This document shows positions 1-8,642 of a DNA stretch of 20,000 nt, one piece after another. Origin of the DNA: an uncultured virus (IMG/VR IMGVR_UViG_3300005405_000309) (taxonomy: Duplodnaviria; Heunggongvirae; Uroviricota; Caudoviricetes). Positions within the stretch are counted from its first letter, which is position 1; each line of letters begins with the position of its first letter. A program made the position numbers and the translations under genes. The notes under the pieces were generated by a model. The model worked only from the letters and a program-made list of their open reading frames with translations, made no database searches and was not told where the DNA came from. The stretch lies in the IMG/VR virus record IMGVR_UViG_3300005405_000309. One strand, 5' to 3'.

Positions 1-821
1 ATCCATTTTATCGCAACAATAGCTCTTTCCTCGTTCCAATAATTTCTCGAAACTACATTTAGTTCCCAAGGTTTATATTTATCGGGATAAGCATCATCTA
101 GTGCGCTAAAAGGGCTGGATTCATACACTACATCTAACATTCCCTCAAGCCCGTTGTCGATAAAGACTTGCTTTGTAAGTTTATTAATAATATCCTTGTT
201 ATTCCACTGTAATCTCTCATTAAGTAGCCATTTTGTTGCACTTATGGCTGTATTTTTATTCCAAAATTCCCTTGTTACGCTGCTCAGCTCCCAGGGTAAA
301 TATTCTTTAGGATATGCCAAGTCCAACGCCTCAAATACCCCGTTTACTTTAAATAAAACGGTCCTTAATCCATTATCGCCAAATACTTGTGCTTTCAGAT
401 TCTTTTTTATATCATCTCTATTCCATTTTAGTTTTTCTTCGATCAGCCATTTTGTAGCCTGTATCATCGTATCGTTGTTCCAGAAGCCCATTGGCGTACT
501 TGCCAATTCCCATTCCTTAAATCTCCCAGGATAGGCAGCATCGAGCGCCTTGAATGGAGTGTTTTCATAAACGATAGTCAGCATTCCGTAGAGTTTATTA
601 TCAATGTATATTTTTCCGGAATGCTTTTTTATGAAATCATCATCATTCCAACTTAGAATATTTTCAAACATATAACGAGTAACCGTGATAGCGTTTTCAG
701 GTGCTTCTGGGAGTTGCCAAAACCCTTTAGGGAATTTTTTTATATCTCTCTTTAGTACTAGCTTATAGATTTCTACAGCTGTTAGTCCAAACACCTTAGT
801 TGCAACACTTAGTTTGGCCAT
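1..821 (-). CDS. DUF4046-family Trp-rich repeat protein (3'-partial, runs off the window)
   Basis: Translated by hand: ATG at 821 with RBS AAAAGGGGGG, open to base 1. MAKLSVATKVFGLTAVEIYKLVLKRDIKKFPKGFW... has at least 3 repeats of ~73-79 aa (FW...TKWL..E.L.WN..DI...VF.DNGL.GML..VYE.SPF.ALD.AYP..YKPWEL). Not in the ORF track. Confidence 0.8.
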   Translation of the reverse strand, partial: MAKLSVATKVFGLTAVEIYKLVLKRDIKKFPKGFWQLPEAPENAITVTRYMFENILSWNDDDFIKKHSGKIYIDNKLYGMLTIVYENTPFKALDAAYPGRFKEWELASTPMGFWNNDTMIQATKWLIEEKLKWNRDDIKKNLKAQVFGDNGLRTVLFKVNGVFEALDLAYPKEYLPWELSSVTREFWNKNTAISATKWLLNERLQWNNKDIINKLTKQVFIDNGLEGMLDVVYESSPFSALDDAYPDKYKPWELNVVSRNYWNEERAIVAIKW

Positions 822-844
822 GAATAGCCCCCCTTTTATTCGCC

Positions 845-893
845 TATTCCTCCGAAAGTACACCTAAACATTAGATGCACTTTCGGGAGAATA
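845..893 (-). other. Intergenic 23-bp RNA hairpin with no U-tract
   Basis: Minus strand UAUUCUCCCGAAAGUGCAUCUAA-UGU-UUAGGUGUACUUUCGGAGGAAUA. Three G-U pairs and one mismatch; the wobble pairs form only on the minus (mRNA) strand. Confidence 0.7.
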
Positions 894-906
894 ATCTCTT
901 TGGTGA

Positions 907-1083
907 TCAGTACGCTTTTTCCAGTTCAAGCATTTCCTCAAAACTGATTACCTTGTCAAGTTCGGCGAATGCGCTAAAATCTGAACGAACACTTGATTCT
1001 CCTGAGTCGATGTATTTTCCATCTTGTTCTAATTCGGCTTGAAGCTCGCGCCATTCTTTGTAAAGGTTAGTTAGCTTCATCAT
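907..1083 (-). CDS. Small acidic hypothetical protein (58 aa, MMKLTNLYKEW...LEKAY)
   Basis: Part of the ORF-track 907..1143 ORF. Start moved to ATG 1083 because AAGGAG (1093-1098) lies 9 nt upstream. Confidence 0.7.
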   Translation of the reverse strand: MMKLTNLYKEWRELQAELEQDGKYIDSGESSVRSDFSAFAELDKVISFEEMLELEKAY

Positions 1084-1156
1084 ATCGTAAAACTCCTTCT
1101 TGCCCCGCCTCATATAGGCTGCCGGGTTGTTCTGCCGTATCAATTGCTGTTAAGAT

Positions 1157-1204
1157 AATTATAAGCGAATTCGCTCATAATATCAAGCGAATTCGCTTAT
1201 AATT
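1157..1204. promoter_or_regulatory. Tandem palindromic operators AGCGAATTCGCT (1164-1175 and 1186-1197) within a perfect 19-bp inverted repeat
   Basis: AATTATAAGCGAATTCGCT-N10-AGCGAATTCGCTTATAATT. The palindromes are 22 bp apart; one fills the promoter spacer, the other abuts the -35. Confidence 0.75.
1158..1186 (-). promoter_or_regulatory. SigA/sigma70-type promoter TTGATA-N17-TATAAT
   Basis: -35 TTGATA at 1186-1181, 17-nt spacer, -10 TATAAT at 1163-1158. Points at the 58-aa and DUF4046 genes. Confidence 0.8.
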
Positions 1205-1733
1205 CAAAATTTAAACTGGAAATTAAAATTGCATTTTCCACCATAAAATCCGGATAGCCAAAAAAACTACCATATATAAAAGTAAACAGTGAAAACAAAA
1301 AGACGACTAACGTTTTCATAGGCGGTATTACAGATGCTACGGTAACGTTCAACTTGTTGAAATATAGCCACCCTATTACGACTAAACTACTTAACGTAAG
1401 TATCTTCACGAATGCTCTGAAATTGATAGCTTGTGGGATTGGCTTAAAAAACACATACGCCAATAGATATATAATGCGATTCCCAGTGGTTATCGGTACA
1501 TAAGTTAATTCTAAAATATCCTTTTGATTAAGCCGAACTAGACCGTTAGGTTTAGTTATTAGATAGTCTGAAATAGACAACTCGGAAGAGGTAAACCATT
1601 TTTGGAAATCAGGAAAATCGGACATCGCAACAAAAAAACTCATTTTCGTATCATTTCTAAGTGTTACATTAACAACGTATTTAAGTTGTTGGTTCATAGA
1701 ATTAAGGAGATTTTTAAACGATATGGTTTTCAT
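1197..1733 (-). CDS. Hypothetical membrane protein (2-3 C-terminal hydrophobic segments), possibly C-terminally truncated
   Basis: ORF with RBS GGGGAGGT. Hydrophobic stretches ILTLSSLVVIGWLYF and TLVVFLFSLFTFIYGSFF. The stop codon falls inside the downstream operator. Confidence 0.65.
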   Translation of the reverse strand: MKTISFKNLLNSMNQQLKYVVNVTLRNDTKMSFFVAMSDFPDFQKWFTSSELSISDYLITKPNGLVRLNQKDILELTYVPITTGNRIIYLLAYVFFKPIPQAINFRAFVKILTLSSLVVIGWLYFNKLNVTVASVIPPMKTLVVFLFSLFTFIYGSFFGYPDFMVENAILISSLNFEL

Positions 1734-1755
1734 TTTGTATACCTCCCCGAAATTT

Positions 1756-1783
1756 ATTCTACATTTTTACATAACTGGTACAA
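1756..1783 (-). promoter_or_regulatory. Possible SigA promoter TTGTAC-N16-TAGAAT for the 1197..1733 gene
   Basis: Near-consensus hexamers just upstream of the RBS. Confidence 0.35.
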
Positions 1784-1794
1784 CTACTCCTAAA

Positions 1795-3879
1795 TTAGAG
1801 CAGATAATCACTGGGTTTTCCGCAAGAACTCACAATAACAGACGTTTTAGCACGGGTTAAGGCAACGTAAAACAGAGATCGCTCTTGCAAATCTTGTTCA
1901 TCTGTCAAAGCTGCACCCATGGGAACGATCCCTTTATTTACTCCGGCAATGAAGATGTGCTCAAACTCCAGCCCTTTTACACGATGCATCGTGGCGATTC
2001 TAAGCCCCTGTTTTGTACGATCATCAGTGTTTTGGCGTGGTAACCGATATGTTAACACTCCCAAGTTATTAAGTTGTTGTTCATACTCATGTAATTGTTT
2101 TGAGGTACGTGCGACTAAGCAAGAATCTTTCAAGGCCTCTTTAGGCAGCATCATTATACGTTCTGCAATGCCCTCGACCTCTGCATTTGAATTAATATAA
2201 TTAAGGATTTCCGGCTTAGTCCCTTTTCTAAGTGCTATCGTTTCACTTGAAGTATCGAAACCATCATCTAGATCATCAACTGGCAACCCTTCTAACAGAC
2301 GAATTGCAAACTTCCGTATTTCCTCTGGTGTTCGGTAACTTAATTTAAGCTTGCGACTTCGCCCACGAATGTTTATTCCACAAATTGACAATGATGTTTT
2401 GCGTGGATAAATACGTTGGTGAGAATCTCCTGCGATCATAAGATTATTCTCATGGTCCAAACCCGCCAAAACCGAAAGGAGCTTTAACGCCTGAATTCCC
2501 ATATCTTGTGCCTCATCAACGACAACGGATCGATAAGGAGAACTCCATTCTCCCTTTTCGATGAGCTCACGCACTAATCTCATGGCATCAGCCGGTTCGA
2601 TGTATCTCTCAGTTCGCAGAATTTCTCTATAAGCTTGAAAAACACTCCACGCCTCTTGTCTAGCTTTCTCATTTAGAGACTTTCCACGTCCAGCCCTTGA
2701 AGCACGAAGATAGTCCTCCAACGTTAAAATCCCTTGGGCAAGTATAATACGGTCCCATTCTTCACTTAAAAATGAATATGTCAACGACTGATGTACGTTA
2801 AGAATTGCTTGTTTCCAAAGTTCTTGTTTCTTATCATTGTCATATAGCAGCTGCAACGTCGGTTCTAATTTATGCAAAACCCCATTCAGCCATTGATCCA
2901 GGTTAACAACATCTAGACGTACAAATGCTTCTGGCTCAGTAATTTCAGACAGTCGCTCTCTAATATCGGACGCTAAGTTACGACTAAATGTCGTAACTAA
3001 AACCCGATCGCTTGATTGTGTATATATTCGTTCCACAAGCACCTTGGCTCTATGCAATATGACCACGGTTTTCCCCGTTCCCGCTTCCCCTAAAACACGC
3101 ACTGCCCCGCTCCAATTCTTTTCAACTAATACTCGCTGACTTGGATGCAAAAAAACCCTCCACGCTTCAAGGGGAGACCTTAAAGCCTCACGAAAGCTAT
3201 GATCTCCCCCCGAAACAAACGATTGAAGCGACAAGGGATTCGTCGCCGCTGCACTATAGTCCTCCGTATCAACGAGAACTGGCAAACTGTCGTATGAGTG
3301 TTCGTTCAATAGTGTTTCCATGGGGGTTCCTGCGGCCAATCGAAGTAAGGACTCGTAAACAGTTTCAGATAAACTGTAATAAACAGAACTTAACTCGTCG
3401 GCTGTCGCGACATTTTTGATCCATAGCAACAAATCTTCGGGAACCCCAAGTTTAAGAAGAAGTCGGTCATCTTGATTCGCAAAGATCCCTTGTTTAAACG
3501 GATCGGGCATCGATTCTGTCTTCTGCGCCTCAGACAACTTTCCAGAAACCTGAATCGCACCGGTATAGGAATTAACGAGGCAACGGTGATCTCGTGCCCA
3601 CTCATAGGCAGATTGTTGTAATGATACACATAACATAAGATATAGGTTTCCTCTGTCCGGCTTTTTGACCACACCATAGATACTCGATGTTATGCAAACC
3701 GCTCGATAATTGTTATCTAGACTCTCCGGAATCTTTTCATAGATAATCCCTGAAGCAGTTGGTATTTCCCCAAATTTATAAAGAAATTTCTCAACCACCT
3801 TTCGCTCTTTTAATGGCATCGTTTGTACTTGTTGAATAACGGATCTATGAATTAACGTTTGTGGCACAATAGGATTCAT
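1795..3879 (-). CDS. UvrD/REP (SF1) helicase with N-terminal RelE/ParE-like domain (694 aa)
   Basis: Q-motif FLHPSQ, Walker A GEAGTGKT, motif Ia TTFSRNLA, motif II VVVDEAQD, III GDSHQRIY, IV LSYRT, V TMHRVKGLEF, VI YVALTRAK. Start moved to ATG 3879 (RBS GGGGAGGTG). Confidence 0.88.
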   Translation of the reverse strand: MNPIVPQTLIHRSVIQQVQTMPLKERKVVEKFLYKFGEIPTASGIIYEKIPESLDNNYRAVCITSSIYGVVKKPDRGNLYLMLCVSLQQSAYEWARDHRCLVNSYTGAIQVSGKLSEAQKTESMPDPFKQGIFANQDDRLLLKLGVPEDLLLWIKNVATADELSSVYYSLSETVYESLLRLAAGTPMETLLNEHSYDSLPVLVDTEDYSAAATNPLSLQSFVSGGDHSFREALRSPLEAWRVFLHPSQRVLVEKNWSGAVRVLGEAGTGKTVVILHRAKVLVERIYTQSSDRVLVTTFSRNLASDIRERLSEITEPEAFVRLDVVNLDQWLNGVLHKLEPTLQLLYDNDKKQELWKQAILNVHQSLTYSFLSEEWDRIILAQGILTLEDYLRASRAGRGKSLNEKARQEAWSVFQAYREILRTERYIEPADAMRLVRELIEKGEWSSPYRSVVVDEAQDMGIQALKLLSVLAGLDHENNLMIAGDSHQRIYPRKTSLSICGINIRGRSRKLKLSYRTPEEIRKFAIRLLEGLPVDDLDDGFDTSSETIALRKGTKPEILNYINSNAEVEGIAERIMMLPKEALKDSCLVARTSKQLHEYEQQLNNLGVLTYRLPRQNTDDRTKQGLRIATMHRVKGLEFEHIFIAGVNKGIVPMGAALTDEQDLQERSLFYVALTRAKTSVIVSSCGKPSDYLL

Positions 3880-4003
3880 AGATTCACCTCCCCAATAATA
3901 CGACCATGTTAAAACTAGAAACTTGAGGATTTTATAGAATAATGGACTACTTGAAAATAACATTTTACGCGGACCGCTTGAATAGCAGTTGGCCAAAAAA
4001 CAC

Positions 4004-4705
4004 TTAATTTGGCACCGAGGCCATTCCTTTGATAACGCCTAACATTAAAGGCCCCCACCAGATCACGAGGTACGAAAGAAACACCGTCCCAATCATACCC
4101 CATCCTACCCTTCGCTTCATGGGCCCGCCACCCGGGAAAAGTAACACCATGGCTCCCAAAATGAGCATGATATACATATAGGGAGATGAAACATTCCTGA
4201 AAAAGGTAACGATGGATACCGCTTTCGCTAATACAAGCGCCTCAAACTCTTCCATTGAAACAGATCTAATTTTTATGAGTTCTGGGATATCGTCCGATGA
4301 GATGCTTGGGAATGAAGGAAGGTCTAGAGCATTATTCGGTACCTTAGGAGTAACCAGAGGAGCGGGATTTACGATAGGTGCCGATACAGCGGGAGTTGGT
4401 GTAATTATAGGTGTAGATATCGAATCAGTGGTTGTATCTGGCGTCACGGTGTTATTTGTCTCCGTTGCATTGGTGCTACCTGCAGGTTCCTTTGTTGTTG
4501 GAGTAACTTGGGTATCCGCCGTTGAAGATGTCGTTTCATTGGATGTTGAGCTGGGTGTTTCATTTGTCGTTGAAGTAGTAACCGTTTCTTGCTTTACCGT
4601 TGTAAATTCCACAGTCGTGTTAGGTGTTTTTGTGTCTGCCAAAACAGTACCCGTCCAACATAAGAACATGATAAGAATGGGCAAAAAAACTAACTTTAAC
4701 CTCAC
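4004..4705 (-). CDS. Pilin (VirB2/TrbC-like) paralogue with signal peptide and long Thr/Ser/Pro-rich stalk
   Basis: GTG start with RBS AAAGGGGGG. Signal peptide ending VLA, ~100-aa T/S/P-rich region, C-terminal two-TM unit that aligns without gaps to the 12751..13155 pilin. Confidence 0.6.
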   Translation of the reverse strand: MRLKLVFLPILIMFLCWTGTVLADTKTPNTTVEFTTVKQETVTTSTTNETPSSTSNETTSSTADTQVTPTTKEPAGSTNATETNNTVTPDTTTDSISTPIITPTPAVSAPIVNPAPLVTPKVPNNALDLPSFPSISSDDIPELIKIRSVSMEEFEALVLAKAVSIVTFFRNVSSPYMYIMLILGAMVLLFPGGGPMKRRVGWGMIGTVFLSYLVIWWGPLMLGVIKGMASVPN

Positions 4706-4751
4706 AAGTGAGCCCCCCTTTCAAAATTAATGGCACAATGTTCAATTATTA

Positions 4752-6395
4752 TTAAATTCTTGGGGGTGGAACGATCGTAACAGGATTCGTTGCGATACCA
4801 TTAAGCCGTAGTTCAAAATGTAGATGCGGTCCTGTGCTACGCCCCTCCGATCCGACAGGAGCGATGGATTGCCCAACAGACACATGTTGTCCTACACGTA
4901 CATAAGATTGAGACATGTGTCCATAAAACGATGTTTGTCCATTGCCATGGTCAATCGTAATGCTTGTCCCATAAATCGAGTCGCTAGAGACTATACTCGT
5001 TATCGTCCCGTCCTTTGTGGCAACGATATCTGCACCTAATGGAGCGGCTATGTCGATACCCGTATGGTAAGAATTCGTTTGCCCAGTAACAGGATGTGTC
5101 CTAGTCCCAAATGGATCTGTTATTTGGAAATATCCTGGCACAGGCCATGTGAAACCCTGTGGATTTGTTTCCATCCATCCGGAATATTTACCATAAAAAT
5201 ACATACGCCCTACCACTAAATTCACATATTCCGAGCTATGGTTATATCCGAAGACAGCCTGTTGTATCCCACTTATTGATCCCATTGCAGCCCCTTGTTG
5301 GGACAGCATATTGGCTGCACCCATGATCGATTTTTTAACATCCCAAATATCTGTACTCGAGTAGCCTAATTCTCCTCCATAAGCCAACCAGCTGGATGGT
5401 AAAAATTGCATAGGTCCTTGCGCCCCGGCAGAGGACGTATTGCCCATAGGATAAGTAGCAAATGAGGATTCTGTATAACATATCGCCATTAGAAGCGCTT
5501 CAAATTGATCAACATCGGTAGCCCCATGAAATCGTTGCGCCGCCTGTTCAAAATAGGGAATATATTCAGAAGGTGGTGGCGATCCTACGGAATACGTCAT
5601 GCCACCTCCATTCATAAGTACATCCGAAAGATCGGAAGGTGTATTTAAATCAGTCGTGCCGCCATTATTATAATTGCCTGCTAACAGCAACACTATCTTA
5701 CGGTCATATTCCGTTGTAATCTGATATCGAGCTAATAAGCTAAATAGCCGTATATAATTAGCCGGTGTCGGTGGAATGATCTGCTCGAGAACTGGTTGAG
5801 TGATCGTTGTCCTTTCGGTGGATGTCGTAACCATTTTGTATTTATGAGTATAGGTACCACTATAGGTATTAGCTGTATCTATCAGTTTAACTTGTGTAAC
5901 ATTGATGGAGCATCCTTCATCTCCGCAAACTATGACCGTTTTGGGTAATTCGATAAATGTGAAGTTAGGCATAAGATCATCGATATAATCCTCGGGGGCA
6001 GGGGCCTCGCAATTATTTGATACCTTATCGACAGCTGCAAAGTATCCCCAAGGTACAAGATAGGTACTTGTCATAGGCACTTGATTTTGTGTACTTCTAT
6101 CAACTGTGGCTGCCGAGGCATCCTGGTACTTTTGTAATAACGCTTGATTCACAGCTATATCATTTTCCGTCTCAGGCTTATTTGTAAAATTGAAGAGTCC
6201 ACTCTGCCCATCCATCGGTGTGAAAAAAGCGCCAAGAACTAAGGATATGCCCATAAAAAACATCATCATAGCCAAGGATATTGCCAACATCGGAATACCA
6301 AGTTTCGTAATGATTGCTTTCGCCGCGGTAGATAAAGCCTTTCTGACCAACATCCTCGCCGCTTGGTTAGCGACTCGATTTGTCTTATCACCCAT
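4752..6395 (-). CDS. Conjugation cell-wall hydrolase (VirB1-like): N-terminal TM + SLT lytic transglycosylase + M23 peptidase
   Basis: SLT motifs CYTESSF, SSAGAQGPMQF, GYNH. M23 motifs HTGID, YGHM, STGPHLHFE. Lies in the T4SS cluster. Confidence 0.88.
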   Translation of the reverse strand: MGDKTNRVANQAARMLVRKALSTAAKAIITKLGIPMLAISLAMMMFFMGISLVLGAFFTPMDGQSGLFNFTNKPETENDIAVNQALLQKYQDASAATVDRSTQNQVPMTSTYLVPWGYFAAVDKVSNNCEAPAPEDYIDDLMPNFTFIELPKTVIVCGDEGCSINVTQVKLIDTANTYSGTYTHKYKMVTTSTERTTITQPVLEQIIPPTPANYIRLFSLLARYQITTEYDRKIVLLLAGNYNNGGTTDLNTPSDLSDVLMNGGGMTYSVGSPPPSEYIPYFEQAAQRFHGATDVDQFEALLMAICYTESSFATYPMGNTSSAGAQGPMQFLPSSWLAYGGELGYSSTDIWDVKKSIMGAANMLSQQGAAMGSISGIQQAVFGYNHSSEYVNLVVGRMYFYGKYSGWMETNPQGFTWPVPGYFQITDPFGTRTHPVTGQTNSYHTGIDIAAPLGADIVATKDGTITSIVSSDSIYGTSITIDHGNGQTSFYGHMSQSYVRVGQHVSVGQSIAPVGSEGRSTGPHLHFELRLNGIATNPVTIVPPPRI

Positions 6396-6413
6396 AAATT
6401 GCCCCTTACCCCT

Positions 6414-8630
6414 CTATCGTCTACGAGCCAAATCGTTCAAAATTGCAGATCCTCGTGGTCCTCTGGGGTCATTTCTTCCCACATTCGTATATACATCATT
6501 TGGTTTATACGTTCTCGTATTATCTCCGTTATAAAGAGTCTGTTCCACCATAGGGATGGAATCACTTCCGGCTGGATGGCCCTGTTGTCCAAAGTCCATT
6601 AATTTGCGTTCACCATAGTTAGGTTGTCCATCAGCACCAGATCCCTCAAATTTCCGCTGATAGATTGCCGATCCAGCACCCGTTGAGACTTTCTCCATCA
6701 TGTCACCAGATTCCCATGGGCTGTTCGTATTACTGCTGATTTCACCCATGACAGACGATGCTGCTTGGGCCGATGCATTGTTGGCTCTATTCTCCATTGC
6801 TTGTCCAACAAATGGGGTTCCTCTCAATCCTTGAGATACTAGGCTTGCTGTATTCACCTTACCAAGGGCAATCTTTGTATCGTTCGAAAGCCCCTCAGCA
6901 AGCGGGCTACTTCCACCAAGTGCTTCATTGAAGATATTACTCCGTTCTGAATTACCCGCACTGCGCATCGCAATAGGCGCAACTGCGGCCGCACCACCGA
7001 ACGAACTGCCCATGCCACCCCCTACTTTATTGCCTGCCATCGCGCCCATCATCATCGTCATATTTCCACCACCGGTAGCCGCTCCAAAGACAGCCCCTCC
7101 GATGGACCCATAAACCTGTCCCAACGCATTCCCTGCTCGTCGCATAGTAGAAACACGACTAGCCATTTGTCCCATGTATCCGCCACCCGCGATTTGCCCT
7201 AACGAAGAACTTGACTGATTTTCAAGTGCCCCAATCCTATTACCACCGCCACCGCCCATCATGGCTCCGGCCGTTGCTGCTTCACCTACATCTGCTCCTC
7301 CGCCAAAAAGAGCCGCTCCCAAGTTTCCAAAGCTTCTCATCATTCCCATTGTGGCACCCAATCCAACACCCATCATAAGGTTTTCCCCGAGACCCTTTCC
7401 TGTTCCCGCTAGCCCCAAAATGCCTCGCATCATGTTGCTTACTGGGATCATCATAATGAGAAACATAAGTTGTGGAATCACTCCAACTTGAGTATGATCT
7501 GCAATTCGCGAATAAATTAAAAGGAAAAACGCATGGAACAATGGCATAAAAATGTTCCCTATTAATTCTTTGCAATAGTAAACAAAGGCCGTTCGAGCTT
7601 TTTCATTAAAATACAAAGCACAAAAAATTGGTGTAGAACTGATAAGGACAATTAAGACAAAGTATCGTTGTAAATAAATAAAATTGAGTGCTATCTCAAT
7701 TCCAGCAAGAGCTAAGACATAGAATGGTGCGACTATCATCTTGGTAGCAAAATCTCCTGTACTGACGATCGGAGATTTACTAATATTAGCAGAGCCTAAA
7801 AAATCTATATGTTTACTCGGTGCCAACGCACTTAAACCAATATTCAGCACAGTAAACAAGGTAGAGATCAAAATCATACCGCCCCCTACCAGGATCGTTC
7901 CAATAATCCAATCTTCAAGCATAGTATATGCACTGGCACGACGTTGAGAATTTGCATTAGAGCGGGCCATTTTTATACAGGTAAGATAGAGTATGGCTAG
8001 GGCAATTGTCCACGCCACATTTTTCAAGCCCGTGTTGAAAGGCATAATGATGTAATTGAAGTCCGCAGTAGAAAATACCCTCCAAACCATTGTGGGCGTA
8101 GGAACAGGATGTTCATCTGTCCCCTTCTCTGAAAAACCACTAAATCCATAAATTAATTCATAAAGATCTTTAAGCCCAAAAAAATTCAAAACAGCACCAG
8201 GGATCGAACTGATAAACGTCCCAAATAACCGTTCTACTATATTCGGCTCTTGTTTGGGGACTATTCCTTGGATGGCCTGCCTATTTATTTCTTGTTGCTC
8301 TTGAACATTTGTTAATACATTATTATAGTTTTCCTCCATAGTTGGACCAGACGGATTATATAAATCGTGCATCCACTGACTTGTGTCAATGCCTTGCCAG
8401 ATCATCCCATATAAATCTAGCGGAACTTCAGGGATTTGTATTGGTGCTATCGGTGCATCTGGATCCCCACCGTAAAGCTGACCCATTAAACCTGAAGTAT
8501 CTATTCCCGCGTTTATTTCCTCTGCAACAACACTAGACACTGGTAATAGGATCATTCCCCATAAGAGAACGATTACAATACTAAACTTTAATTTTCTATA
8601 ATGCTTATTGTGGCTAAAAGACTCATACAT
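6414..8630 (-). CDS. VirB6/TrbL-like polytopic T4SS membrane protein with Gly-rich cytoplasmic tail
   Basis: Signal/TM N-terminus, several TM helices (e.g. YLQRYFVLIVLISSTPIF, ELIGNIFMPLFHAFFLLI), G/A/M-rich C-terminus, position between VirB4 and the hydrolase. Confidence 0.75.
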   Translation of the reverse strand: MYESFSHNKHYRKLKFSIVIVLLWGMILLPVSSVVAEEINAGIDTSGLMGQLYGGDPDAPIAPIQIPEVPLDLYGMIWQGIDTSQWMHDLYNPSGPTMEENYNNVLTNVQEQQEINRQAIQGIVPKQEPNIVERLFGTFISSIPGAVLNFFGLKDLYELIYGFSGFSEKGTDEHPVPTPTMVWRVFSTADFNYIIMPFNTGLKNVAWTIALAILYLTCIKMARSNANSQRRASAYTMLEDWIIGTILVGGGMILISTLFTVLNIGLSALAPSKHIDFLGSANISKSPIVSTGDFATKMIVAPFYVLALAGIEIALNFIYLQRYFVLIVLISSTPIFCALYFNEKARTAFVYYCKELIGNIFMPLFHAFFLLIYSRIADHTQVGVIPQLMFLIMMIPVSNMMRGILGLAGTGKGLGENLMMGVGLGATMGMMRSFGNLGAALFGGGADVGEAATAGAMMGGGGGNRIGALENQSSSSLGQIAGGGYMGQMASRVSTMRRAGNALGQVYGSIGGAVFGAATGGGNMTMMMGAMAGNKVGGGMGSSFGGAAAVAPIAMRSAGNSERSNIFNEALGGSSPLAEGLSNDTKIALGKVNTASLVSQGLRGTPFVGQAMENRANNASAQAASSVMGEISSNTNSPWESGDMMEKVSTGAGSAIYQRKFEGSGADGQPNYGERKLMDFGQQGHPAGSDSIPMVEQTLYNGDNTRTYKPNDVYTNVGRNDPRGPRGSAILNDLARRR

Positions 8631-8642
8631 GAGACATCCCCC

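Noticed and set aside
1084..1143. ORF-track TTG start for the 78-aa ORF
   Set aside because: It has no RBS and lies only a few nt from the predicted TSS; AAGGAG supports ATG 1083.
1164..1197. Palindromes as LexA (Cheo) boxes or CRISPR repeats
   Set aside because: The Firmicute LexA box is CGAAC-N4-GTTCG, whereas these are CGAATTCG with no spacer. Two 12-bp copies 22 bp apart are not a CRISPR array.
3880..3996. ORF-track N-terminal extension of the UvrD helicase
   Set aside because: A strong RBS sits before ATG 3879, so the extension is most likely intergenic DNA.
4520..4580. Imperfect ~24-nt tandem repeat (STTNETPS/STSNETTS)
   Set aside because: Explained by the low-complexity Thr/Ser stalk; not an independent element.
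6960..7400. GC-richer Gly/Ala/Met stretch as a foreign insertion
   Set aside because: It is in frame within the VirB6-like gene, and Gly-rich tails are normal for TrbL/VirB6 proteins.
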